Of a DNA stretch of 64,000 nt, positions 29,371 to 41,500 are shown in pieces. Made by a program: the position numbers and the translations under genes. The stretch is from the human T2T-CHM13v2.0 reference genome, Homo sapiens. Numbering within the stretch: the stretch's first letter is position 1; every line of letters begins with the position of its first letter. The DNA lies in assembly GCF_009914755.1 (NCBI RefSeq), contig NC_060928.1; one strand, written 5' to 3'. A model generated the notes under the pieces. That model saw only the letters and a list, made by a program, of their open reading frames with translations. It did not search any database and was not told the DNA's origin.

Positions 29371-29719
29371 CAGGCAGGGGGGTTGTCTGTGGAGCCTCCT
29401 TGCCTCCATCTGCAGGGAAAGTGAGTCGGGGCACCCTGGAGGGTGGCTGGAAAGAGAAGGTGAGAAGATGTGTTGAATCCAATACTGCTTGGCAGACCTA
29501 CAACTTTACAAATGACCTGTGTTCCACCTAGAGAGGGTGCCAGCCCTCTCAGCATTATGCAGTGCCCCTCCTCTGTCTGCATCCCCAGGACCACCATGGG
29601 TGGGGAGGGCAGAGATTGGGGAGCACCTATAGAGGCTCTAATGCTCTAAGGTGACAGTGATGAGGACCTGGGTGCACCCATGAGTGGAGAAGCTAGGCCT
29701 GTCCAGAGAAGCAAGACAA

Positions 29720-29780
29720 ACACACACATACACACACACACACAGGCACACATGCATACACAAATACATTGCATACACAC
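29720..29780. repeat. (CA)n-rich microsatellite
   Basis: Seen directly. Confidence 0.85.
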
Positions 29781-30621
29781 ATGTCAGTTCAGGGGATAGA
29801 GGACACTGACTCTGGGCCCTGTTGACCCAAGCAGACTCCCATGGTGGTGGGTTGTGTCACCCCACAATGTCACTGTTGCTGAGTCCCCATCACCTCTGTG
29901 TTGTGGAGCAGTTAGAGACACACAGCAGTGTCTGTGAGTAGCTCTGCGTGAAGGACCATTTTCTAGATGAGAGGCACATCTCAACACAGCTCACTGATCA
30001 GATTCAGGTGAGTGGGACCTGCTCTTTTCTCTTCCTCCTGGCTTGGGAAAAGTCACTATCAGGTGGATGGTTTTGGTCTCTGGGCAGCTACTGAGGGTAA
30101 TCCCTGAACACTCACCAGCTGCCTGTTATGTGCTGACAGTCATCTCATTCATCCTCGCAGCAATTCCATTCTGCATCTTTTCTGATCACCTCCGTGACCA
30201 CACAGGACAACCCCATCAGGGCCCTGTCACCAGGCCCAGTCTAGCTCCATGATAACCAAGACACAGGTCCAGAGACAATCGTCCTACATTGTGCCTGCAT
30301 CTGACCCCCCTTGGTAGGTAGTGACCAGCACAACATGGAAGAAGCCAGGGCAGCATGCAGCCAGCTGCTCTGCAGCCCCAAATGGCTCCTGGGCCTTGGA
30401 AGTCATTCATAAAGGGGAAGCTGGTCACTTTGAGGTCCCTGAAGGGAAGGGTGAACGTGCATCCCAACAGCCCTGGCAGCCAGCAGCATGCCATACATAT
30501 TCTCACCCAACGTGTGTGACAGAGGTCCCCTCCTGGGGCACAAGCCCCATACCTAAAGCATCCTGTCCCAGTCGGACCTCATCCTGAGCCCTGGGAGGGG
30601 AGGGGCACCATGGGCCCCCCT

Positions 30622-31240
30622 GCAGCAGCCAGGATTACCACCCAGGGGACTCGGCCTTCTGTGGCCCTGGCCAGACTTAGAATTTGGCCCAAGACAACCT
30701 TACTCGGAGCAGCTTCTCAGTACCTGGGGCCTGTGCATGCCAGGCAAGGCCAAGCTGGCTCAAAGAGCAACCAGCCACCTCTGCAAGGGTGTGCCAGGAG
30801 CAGGTGGAGCAGTCACCAACCTCACCCACTCAAGGAAATAGGGATGGCCAGTTTCCCACAGTCTGAGTGACCACCACCTGACAGCTGATGGAGTGGAGGC
30901 CTGAGGAAAAGCAGATGGCACTGGGGCTCCACCTCCAGGGCAGAATAACTGATTTACCCTGACTGGCAGGGAGTGACGTTGGTGGCTGGTCCACTGGCTC
31001 CTGGCACACCATTGCAGAGGTGGGTGGTTGCTCTTTGAGCCAGCTTGGCTTTGCCTGGCATGCACAGGCCTCAGTGCAACAAATGTGCTGCAAATGGAGC
31101 CACAGAGAGGAAATGAGCAGCAGGCTCAGAACTGGGGTGTGTGCCGCCTTTGGGGCTCCAGTCCAAGCATCGGGGCTTCTACAGCACTGTGGGCTTCTCG
31201 GGTGCCAAGAGGCAGACCACAGGCCATCTTGAGGAGGACT
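30622..31240. repeat. Palindromic REP522-like unit
   Basis: About 100-bp inverted arms at 30724-30825 and 30973-31074. It is the same unit as the 56.8-59.5 kb array. The REP522 name is from recall. Confidence 0.7.
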
Positions 31241-32540
31241 CTGGTAAGAGCTTCCTTGTGTATGTGGATGATGTCCAGAATGTTGGCCTGGTGTCCCTGA
31301 GACAGCACTAACAGGTCCATGACTGGGTCCAGATCCTGCCTGGGCTGATGGGCAAAGAGCTCACTGACAGTGTGGAAGCATCTATTTTGAAGTAGGATCT
31401 ATGTTCAAGTGCAGAAAGGGCCCAATCTTGTAGATGAACCACACAGCCAGCTTCTGGATGCAGGTGCAGTGCCACATTGTTTGTCACTTCCTGATGTGCC
31501 CCACCAGCACTGAAGAGATAGCCTGGAGACAGGGCAAGAGGAAGGCTGAGAAGGATGAGATGGTGAGTGCCAGATTCTTCCTGGCCCTGAGCCCACCCCC
31601 AGTGTGACACTCAACTTTTAGGAGTGGGAGAGCAAGATTGACGGCTTCAAGTGCTTCACCAAGAAGATGGACAACAGGGCACTCAGCTCAACTTCACAGC
31701 CAATGAGTGGTGGCAGGCTTTGAGAAAGAGCATCAGAAGCCTGACAGTTCTTCTTCAGCCTCAGCCAGGCCTTGGAGCTGGACCAGGCCATCCACTTCAG
31801 TATAGATGCCTTCCACTCTGTCAGTGAGCTCTTTGCCAGTCAGTCCAGGAAGGACCTGGACCCAGCCATGGACCTGTTAGTGCTGTCTCAGGGACACCAG
31901 ACCAACACCCTGGACATCATCCACATACACAAGGAAGCTCTTACCAAAGTCATGGAGAGCAGACAACATGTGGCAGAAGGGAAGACACAGGTGCAGAAGA
32001 AGGTGCAGAGGCTGATGACGTCAGAATCACAGGAACAGGATTTCTTTGGCCACTTTGGCTGAAATTCACCACTTCCATCCAATTCCAGTGAGAGACATGG
32101 ACTCACAGATGCAGCATTTCTTGCAACAAGAGATACTACTTTTTCAAAAAGTCACCCAGGAATTGATAGTGTTGAATGACTCAATACTCGATCGTGGACG
32201 GTTTCCAGTTCAAGGATACTTTCTACAGCAGAATAATAACACTAGCAAAGAGCTAGTACAAGGATGGTTTTGTGCTCAACTGAAATCCAGTTGAATACAG
32301 AATTGTATAGGAAACAGTTAATATGGTGATAGAATAGAAACAGTAGCAATCGTGAACTAAATCATACTATGAATGCCTAAACTACTGCTGTAACTTTTGG
32401 AAAAATGATAATACCACTTTATTGCTTTTTGAAGTATGAATATTTTAGTGTATATGCTCTAGACTTCAAACTCTATAAAGAGTCTCAAAGAAGTTGGCTG
32501 GATAAAACCTGCTGTGGATGTCTTTATATTCAAAGATTGA
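31203..32540 (+). pseudogene. SNX18P: SNX18 processed pseudogene copy A (end of PX domain, BAR domain, 3'UTR)
   Basis: Remnants [58 protein letters not shown] and [22 protein letters not shown] match SNX18. It is intronless and has frameshifts. Confidence 0.92.
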
Positions 32541-35500
32541 TGATGCAATTTGAATATGTGTCCCCACCGAATCTCATGTTGAATTATATTTCCTAATGTG
32601 GAAGGTGGATCCTGGTATAATGTGATTGAATTATGAAGGCAAATTTCTCATGAATGGTTCAGCACCATCCCCTTGTACCATCCTCACAATAATGAGTGAC
32701 TTCTCATGAGATGTAGTCACTGAAATCTCTATATCACCTCCCCACTCTCCGTGTTTTCCCCTTGCCATGTGAGACAATTGATTCTTTCTTTGCCTTCCAT
32801 GATTATTGAAAGATTTCTGAGGCCTAGAAGCAGAAGCACTGTGCTTAGAACCATGAGCCAATTAAACCTCTTTTTCAAAATAAATCATACAGGAAATGGC
32901 AAATGAGGACTGGAGCTTTGCTATAAAGATACCTGGAAATGTGGAAGCAGCTTTGGAACCAGGTAATGGATGGAGGTTGGAAGAGTTTGGAGGGCTCAAA
33001 AGAAGACAGATGAGAAAACTTTTGGACCATCTTAGAGTCTGGTTCAATGGTTGTGACAAAAATCCTGACAGAAACATGGACAGTGAAGGCCAGGCTGAGG
33101 AGGTCTCAGAGAGAAATAAGAAGCTTTCTGGAAAATGTCTTCCTTTTGGAAATGGAAAGCTTACACAATGCCTGCTTTTTATTTCAGAGACTCATAGGCA
33201 AAAGAGACTGTAGCCTTGACCCAGATGAGACTTTGGACTTTGTAACTTTGAGTTAATCCTGAAATGAGTTAAGACTTTGGGAGACTGCTGGCAAGGCATG
33301 TTTGTATTTTGCAATGTGAGAAGGACATGAGATTCATCGGGTCAAGGACAGAATAATACGGTTTTTGTCTATGTCCCTACCAAAACTCATGTGGAATTAT
33401 ATTTTGTAATGTTACAGGCAAGGTCTAGGTGGAAAAAGATTTAGTCATAAAATGGTGCAGGTAGATACTTCACGAATGATAAAGAACCATCACCTTGATG
33501 CTATCCTCCTGATAATGAGTGAGTTTCCATGAGATCTGGTTGTTTAACAGATCTCATCCTCCTGCTCCTGCTTTAGGAGACATCTCATTGTCCCTTGGCT
33601 TTCTGATATAATGAGGAGGCTTCCTGATTCCTCACAGAAACAGAAGACACTATACTTCCTTCACAGCTTGCAGAACCATGAGTCAATTACACCTCTTTTA
33701 TTTACAATAATACAGAAAAGTAGAACTGCAGAGAGGAGCTGTGAAATGCCTTCAAGGCCTTTTTCCCTTTGTTTTGGCTATTAGCACAGGGCTTCTTTAT
33801 ATGCAAATTTCTGAAATCTTCTTGAATGTTCCCCTTAAATGGGATTTTTGTTATTGCTACATAGCCAACCTGCTATACAGATTTCTGAAAAAGTAGAAGC
33901 AGGCTCAGTAGTGGGTAGCAAACAAAGATTGGAAGGGTTTGGAGGGATTAGATTATGACAGGGAGTGGGAGGGAGTGATTTAATCATGGATGGGTGGGGG
34001 TGGATGTGGAAGGGAAAAAGGGGTGGGTAGGGTGCGAGGGAGTAGACTGACTGTACGGTGGTGGGAGGGTGGTGGGTAGTAGGAAGGGGTAGTAGCCTGC
34101 TGCAGAGGCAGAGTCTCATGGAAAATCCCTACTAGGGAAGCGCACCTGTGGCTTTGCAGGTTTGAGCCCCAATGGCTGCTCTCATGGACTGGACTAGTGT
34201 TGAGTGCCTGTAGCTTTTCCACACGGAGGGTGCAAGCTGTTGGTGGGTCTATGTATCTGGGGTCTGGAGGGTGGTGGCCCCCTGCATGGGGGCTCCAAGT
34301 CCATATTTTCCTTCTGCACTGCCCTAGTAGAGGTTTCCCAAGAATGCTTCATCTGCAGCAGGCTTCTGCCTGGAAACAGTGGGAGGTGGGGGTGGGAGGC
34401 AGATCCTTCACCAATGGTTAGGCAACGTCTTCTTGATGCTCTCTTCATGATAGTGTGTTCTCATGAGATCTGGTTATATAACAGGGGGTGGCACCTCTTT
34501 CCTCTCTCAGTCTTTCTTCTACCCCTGCCATTTGAAACATCTCATTGCCCCTTGGCCTTCTGGTATGATTGGAAGGCTTCCTGATCTGATCCTCCCAGAA
34601 GCAGAAGCCACTGTGCTTCCTTTACAGCCTGCTGGACCGTGAGCCAATTAAACCTCTTTTCTTTATGATCATGCAGAAAATTAGTACTATGAAGTGGAGC
34701 CATGAAATGCCTTCAAGGCCCTTTCCCCTTTGTCTTGGCAACCAGCACTCAGCTTCTTTTCATGCAAATATCTGAATCCTTCATGAACTTTCCCCCTGAA
34801 AATGGACTTTTCTGTTTTACCACATTGCCAGGCTGTGATAAAGATAGCTGACAATGTAGAACCAGGTTCAGAAGTGGGTAAAAGACAGAGGTCAGAAGAG
34901 TTGGGAAAGCTTAGAAGACAGCAAGATGAGGAAAATATTGGACCACTATAGAGAATTGTTAAATACTTGTGATAGGAAGGCTGACAAAAGTGTAAACACT
35001 GAAGTCCAGACCTAAAAGTTCTCAGATGAAAATGAGGAATTTCCTATGAACAAGAGACAAGATTACATTTGATTGGCCTTAGCAAAGAAGCTGGCTGCAT
35101 GGGGACCCTGCCCTGGAGATCTGTGAAACTATGAACTTGGGGGTGATGATTTAGGATGTATCTGGTGAAATGAACTTCTAGGCAGCATAGCACAAGAGGT
35201 GTCCTGCCTACATTGAACAGCTTGTGTTCTTATGGGTGACCTAAGAAGTGACTTCAAGTTGGAACTTCAAGTGGAGATCTAAAGTTTGGAAAATGTGGAG
35301 CCTGGCTAAGTGGTCAAAAAGAAAAGCCGATTTTGAGGGGGAAAATTCAAGAAGGCTTAGGGTATTTGTATAAAAAGGAACCCAGTGCAAAACGCCAAGA
35401 CAGTGGGAAACCGGCCTTGAAAGCATTTTAGAGATGTCTGCAGCAGCCCTTGCTGTCACAGGCCCTGGGGCCTAGGAGAAAAGAATGGTTTCCTAGGCCA

Positions 35501-38500
35501 GTCCCATGGCTCTGCTGCTGTGCTCAACCGCAGGACACTGCTGTCGGCATCCGTGCAGCTCCAGCACCAGCCATGGCTGAAAGATGCACAGGTACAGCTT
35601 GGGTCATTGCTTCAGAGGTGCCTCAAAGTCTTGATGGTTTCCATATAGTGTTAAGCCAGTAGGTGCACAGAGAAAGAGATTAGAGGATTGGAAACTCCCG
35701 TCTAGACTCCAGAAGATGTACAGAAAATCCTGGATGTTCAGGAAGAAGCTTTTCCAAGAGGCAGAGCTTCATGGGGAACCTCTACTAGAGGAGCAAAGAA
35801 GGGACCTATAGGGTTGAAGCCCCCACACAGGGAGGCATCATTCTCTAAACCCCAGATTCATGGACCCATAAACAGCTTGCACCCTCAGTGTGGAAAAGCT
35901 ATGGGCACTCAACAACAGCCCTGTCCATGAGAGACATCCGCGGAAGCTGAACGCTGCAAAGCCACAGGTGCAGATCTGCCCAAGGCCTTGGGAGCTCAGC
36001 CCTCACAGCCCTGTGCTATGGATATGGGACAAGGATTCAAAAATGGTGATTTTGGAGCTGTAGCATTAAGTGACTGGCCTGCTGGGTTTTGGACACTTAT
36101 GTATCCTGTGAGTCACCCACTGCCTGTACAATCATTGTACCTTGGAAGTAGTAAACTTGCTTTACAATTCACTGGCTCATGGGCAGGAGGGACTGTAGAC
36201 TTGTCTCAGATAAGACTCTGGGCTTTGTGCATTTGAGTAAATGCTGGAATGAGTTAAGATTTGAGAGACTCTAGGGAAGACATCATTACATTTTGCAATG
36301 TGAGAAAGACATGAACTTTGGGGGACCAGAGATAGAATAATAGGTTTTGGCTCTCTGTCTCTACCAAAGCTCATGTGGAATGTTAATGCAAAATGTTAAA
36401 GGTGGGGGCTGATGGAAGGTGATTTAATCATGGTGGAGAGTGGAGGTTGGATGGTTGGGGGCACCGGGAGGGTGGGGGGGATTCTGGGGTGGAGAGGGTT
36501 GGAGGGAATCGGGGGTGGGGAGGGTTGGAGGGGATTGTGGTGGGGTTGGGGGTGAAAGGCAGGGGTGGGGGTGGATCCTTCACAAATGGTTAAACACCAT
36601 CTCCTTAATGCTGTCCTTCTGATAGTGAGTTCTCTTCATGATTTTGGAGCTGTGAGATTGAATGAACACTGACGTACTGGATTTTGGATGTCCATTGGGC
36701 CTGTGGTCCCATTTGTGTTATTTTTCTTGGAAATTTCTTCCCTTTGGATTGAGAAAGTTTACCCAGTACCTGTACCATCATTGTACCTTGAAAGAAACAA
36801 ACACCCTTTTAACTTCAGGGACTCATAGGCAGAAGAGACTGCAGCCTTGTCTCAGATAAGACTTAAAACTTTTTACATTTGAGTTAATGCAGGAAGGAGT
36901 TAAGCCTTTTGGAAACCTTTGAAAAGGCATGATTGTATTTTATTCTGTGAAAAGGATATGATATTTGGGGGGTCAAGGTCAGCATAATATGATTTGGCTG
37001 TGTGCCCCTGGAAAAACTCATGTGGAATTGTAATCCCAAATTTTGGAGATGGGGCCTGGTGGGAGATTATTTAATCATGGATGGGAGGGGTAGGGGTGGA
37101 AGAAAAAATGGGGTGGGTAGGGTGGGGAAGAGTAGGCTGGCTGTAGGGCCGTGGGAGGGTGATGGATAGTAGGAAGGGGGAGTAGCCTGCTGCAGAGGCC
37201 GAGGCTCATGGAAAACTTCTACCAGGGCAGTGCACCTGTGGCTTTGCAGGCTTTAGCCCCCATGGCTGCTCTCATGGGCTGGGCTGGTGTTGAGAGCCTA
37301 TCACTTTTCCATACTGAGGGTGTGAACTGTTGGTAGGTCTATGAATCTGGGGTCTCGAGGATGGTGGCCTCCTGCATAGTCAGTCAAAGCCCTTATTTTC
37401 CTTCTGCACTGCCATAGTACAGGATTCCCAAGAGCCTCTGCCTCTGCAGCAGGCTTCTGTCTGGAACACTAGGAGGTGGAGCTGTGTTGGGGGGCGGATC
37501 CTTCACCAATGGTTAAGCACCATCTTCTTGATGCTGACATAGTGATAGTGAGTTCTCATGAGATCTGATTATATAACGGTGTGGCACCTCTTTCCTCTCT
37601 CAGCCTTGCTCCTACTCCTGCCGTATGAAATATTTCATTGCTGTTTTCCTGTTGGTATGATTGGGAGTCTTGCTGAGTCCTCCCAGAAGCAGAAGCCACT
37701 ATGCTTTCTTTACAGCCTGCAGAACCATGAGCCAATTAAACCCCTTTTCATTATGATCATACAGAAAATAAAGTACTGCGAAGTGGAGCTATGAAATATC
37801 TTCAATGACATTTCCCCATCGTCTTGGCTATTAGCACTGGACTTCTTTTTAATGCAAATATTTGAAGACTTCTTGAAGTTTCCCCCTGAAAATGGACTTC
37901 TTTTTCTTCTACATTGTCAGGCTGCAACAAAGATAGCTGAAAATGTAAAGCAGGTTCAGAAGTGGGTAACAGCCAGAGGTTGGAGAGTTTGGAGAGCTTG
38001 AAAGAAGACAGGAAGATGAAAGAAATTTTGGACCATCGTAGGCACTTGTTGAATAGTTGTGATTAAAAGGCTGGCAGAAGGATGGACAGTGAAGGCCAGG
38101 CTTACAAGGTCTCAGATGAAAATGAGGAAATTACTGGGAACAGGAGCCAAGGTTACTTATGTTTTGCTGTAGCAAAGAACATGGCTGCAGCGCGACCTTG
38201 CCCTCGAGATCTGTGAAACTTTGAACTTGAGGGTGATGATTTAGTGCATATCTGGTGGAATGAACTTCTAGGCAGCATAGCACAAGGGGGATCCTGTCTG
38301 CATCAAACAGCCCGTGTTCTTGTGTGACCAAGGTTATGTGTGACTGAGGAAATGACCTCAAGTTGGAATTTATATTTAAATGACAAGCAGAGCTCAAAAG
38401 TTTAGAACCATTTGCAGCCTGGCCAAGTGGTCAAAAAGAAAAGCTGATTTTCAGGGGGAAAATTCATGAAGGCTCCAGAAATTTGCATAAAATGGAGGCC

Positions 38501-41500
38501 AGTGCTAATAGCCAAGACAATGGGGGGAAAAAGCCTTGGAGGCATTTCAGAGATGGTTGCAGCAGCCCTTGGTGTCACAGACCCTGGGGCCTAGGAGAGA
38601 AGAATGGTTTCTGGGGCCAGCCCCATGGCCCTGCTGCTGTGTGCAGCCTCAGGACACTGCTGCCTGCATCCCAGCAGCCGCAGCTCCTGCTCCGACCTTG
38701 GCTGAAAGATGCACTGGTACAGATTGCATCACTGCTTCAGAGGGTACAAGCTATAAGGCTTCACGGCTTCCACATAGTCTTAAGCCAGCAAGTCCATAGA
38801 GCACTAGCCCAGAGGCTTCAGAGCCTTCATATAGATTTTGGAAGATGTATGAAAATGCCTGGGTGTCCAGACAGAAGGCTGCCAAAAAAGCAGAGCCTCC
38901 TGGGAAACCTCTACTAGGGCAGTGCAGAAGGAAAATAGGGGGTTGGAGCCCCCACACTGGAGGCCACCATATGCAGACCCCAGATTCATAGACCCACCAA
39001 GAGCTTTGTACACTCTGTGGGTAAAAACTACAGGCACTCAACACCAGCACAGCCCATGAGGGCAGCTGTGGGGACTGAAAACTACAAAGCCACAGGTGCA
39101 GACCAGCCCAAGGCCTTGGGAGTCCAGCCCTCATGCCCTTGTGCCCTGGATGTGGGACAAGGATTAAAAAAGGATGACTTTGGAGCTGTAAGTTTGAGTA
39201 ACTGGCCTTCTGGGTTTTGGATTTTCCTGGGACCTGTAAGTCCCATTTGTGTTTCGTTGTTCTCTCTGGCAAAAATCTTCCTTTAGGGTGGGAATTCTTA
39301 CTCAATGCCTGGACAATCATACCTTGGAAATAGTTAACTTGCTTTGTATTTCAGAGGCTCAGGAACAGAAGGGACTGCATCTTTGTCTCAGATGAGACTT
39401 TGGGCTTCAGATATTGAAGTAAATGCTGGAATGAGTTAAGACCTTGGAGGTCTTAGCCAAGACGATGGGGAAAAGTCATTGAAGGCATTTCATAGCTTCA
39501 CTTCACAGTACTAATTTTCTGTATGATCATAACAAAAAGGGGTTTAATCGGCTGATGGTTCTGCAGGCTGTAAAAAAAAAGCATAGTGGCTTGGGGAATT
39601 GTAAGTAAGGCATCACTGTATTTTGCAAAATGAGAAGGACATGAGATTTGGGGAGGCAGGGACAGAATAATAAGATTCGGCTGTGTGTCGCTATGGAAAC
39701 TCATGTGGAATTGTAATCAGAAATGTTAAAATTGGGGCCAGGTGGAAGGTGATTTAATCATGGAGGGCACTGGGTGTTGGAAGGTGGAGACTGGGGAGGA
39801 TGGGTGGATTATGCTGGGGGTGAGGGGTGAAAAGTGGGGGTGGGGGGATGATCCCTCACAAATAGTTAAACACCATCTCCTTAATCCTTTCCTCATGATG
39901 GTGAGTTCTCGTGATGGTTTTGGAGCTGTGAGATTTAATGGATACTGGTCTCCTGGGTTTTGGACTTGCATTGGCCCTGTGATCCCATTTGTGTTATTTT
40001 CCTGGCAAACCTCTACCCTTTGGATGGAGAAAACTTACCCAATGCCTGTACCATCATTGTACCTTGAAAGAAAAGAACTCCCTTTTAAATTCAGGGACTT
40101 GTATGCAAAAGGGACTGTAGCCTTTTCTCAGGTGAGACGTGGAACTTTTTACATTCGAGTTAATGCTGAAATGACTTAAGACTTTTGGCAACTTTTGAAA
40201 AGGCATGATTGTATTTTACTCTGTGAGAAGGATATGATATTTGGGGGATCAGGGTCAGAATAATATGGTTTAGCTGTGTGTCCCTACCTAAACTCACATG
40301 TAATTGTAATCCCGAATGTTGCAGGTGGGGACTGGTGAGAGGTGATTTATTCATGGATGGGAGAGGGGTGGGGTTGGAAGTAAAAACAGGTGGGTAAGGT
40401 GGGGAGGAGTAGGCTGGCTGTAGGGTGGTGTGTAGCAGGAAGGGAGTAGCCTGCCACAGAGGCAGAGGCTCATGGAAAACCTCTACTAAGGCAGTGCACC
40501 TGTGGTTTTGCACCTGTGGCTTTGCAGGGTTTAGCACCTGCTGCTGCTCTCATGGGCTGGGCTGGTGTTGAGTACCTGAAGCTTTTCCATACTGGGGGTG
40601 TGAGCTGTTGGTGGGTCCATGACTCTTGGGTCTGGAGGATGGTGGCATGGGGGCTCCAAGCCCATATTTTCCTTCTGTACTGCCCTAGTAGAGGTTTTTC
40701 AAGGGGATCTGTCTCTGCCTCAGGCTTCTGCTTGGAAACAGTGGGTGGTGGATATGGGGAGGTGGGCGGATCCTTCACCAACAGTTAAGCACAATTTTCT
40801 TGATGCTGATCTCCTGATAGTGAGCTCTCATGAGATATAGTTGTATAACAGGATGTCTCACCTCTTTCCTCTCTCTGTCTTGCTTCTACTCCTGCCATAT
40901 GAAATATTTCATTGCCGCTTGGCCTTCTGGTATAATTGGGAGGCTTTCTGAGTCCTCCTACAAGCAGAAACCACTATGCTTTCTTTACAGCCTGAAGAAC
41001 TGTGAGTCAATTAGACCTCTTTTCTTTATGTAGATACAGAAAATTAATGCTGTGAAGTGAAGTTATGAAATGACTTCTAGGCGCTTCCCCCATTCTCTTG
41101 GCTATTAGCGCTGAGCTTTTTTCAATGCAAATATTGGAAGCCATCTTGATGTTTCCCCTGATAATAGACTTTTCTTCTTTTACCATATCGCCAGGCTGCA
41201 ACAAAGATAGATGACAGTGTAGAAGCAGGTTCCAAATTGGGTAATGGCCAGAGGTTAGAGAGTTTGGAGAGCTTGGAAGAAGATAACAAGATGAGGGAAA
41301 GTTTGGACCATTGCAGAGACTTGTTAAATAGTTATGATTAAAAGGCTGACAGAAGGATGGACACTGAAGGCCAGGCTTGTAAGGTCTCAGATGAAAATGA
41401 GAAACTTACTGGGAAAAGGAGCCAAGGGTTTTTTCTTTTGCCTTAGCAAAGTAATTGGCTACACAGTGACCATTCCCTGGAGATCTGTGAAACTGAACTT

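Noticed and set aside
38483-39320. 144-aa and 189-aa ORFs in the MST array
   Set aside because: They are chance or decayed MaLR-internal frames that are not preserved in the other units.
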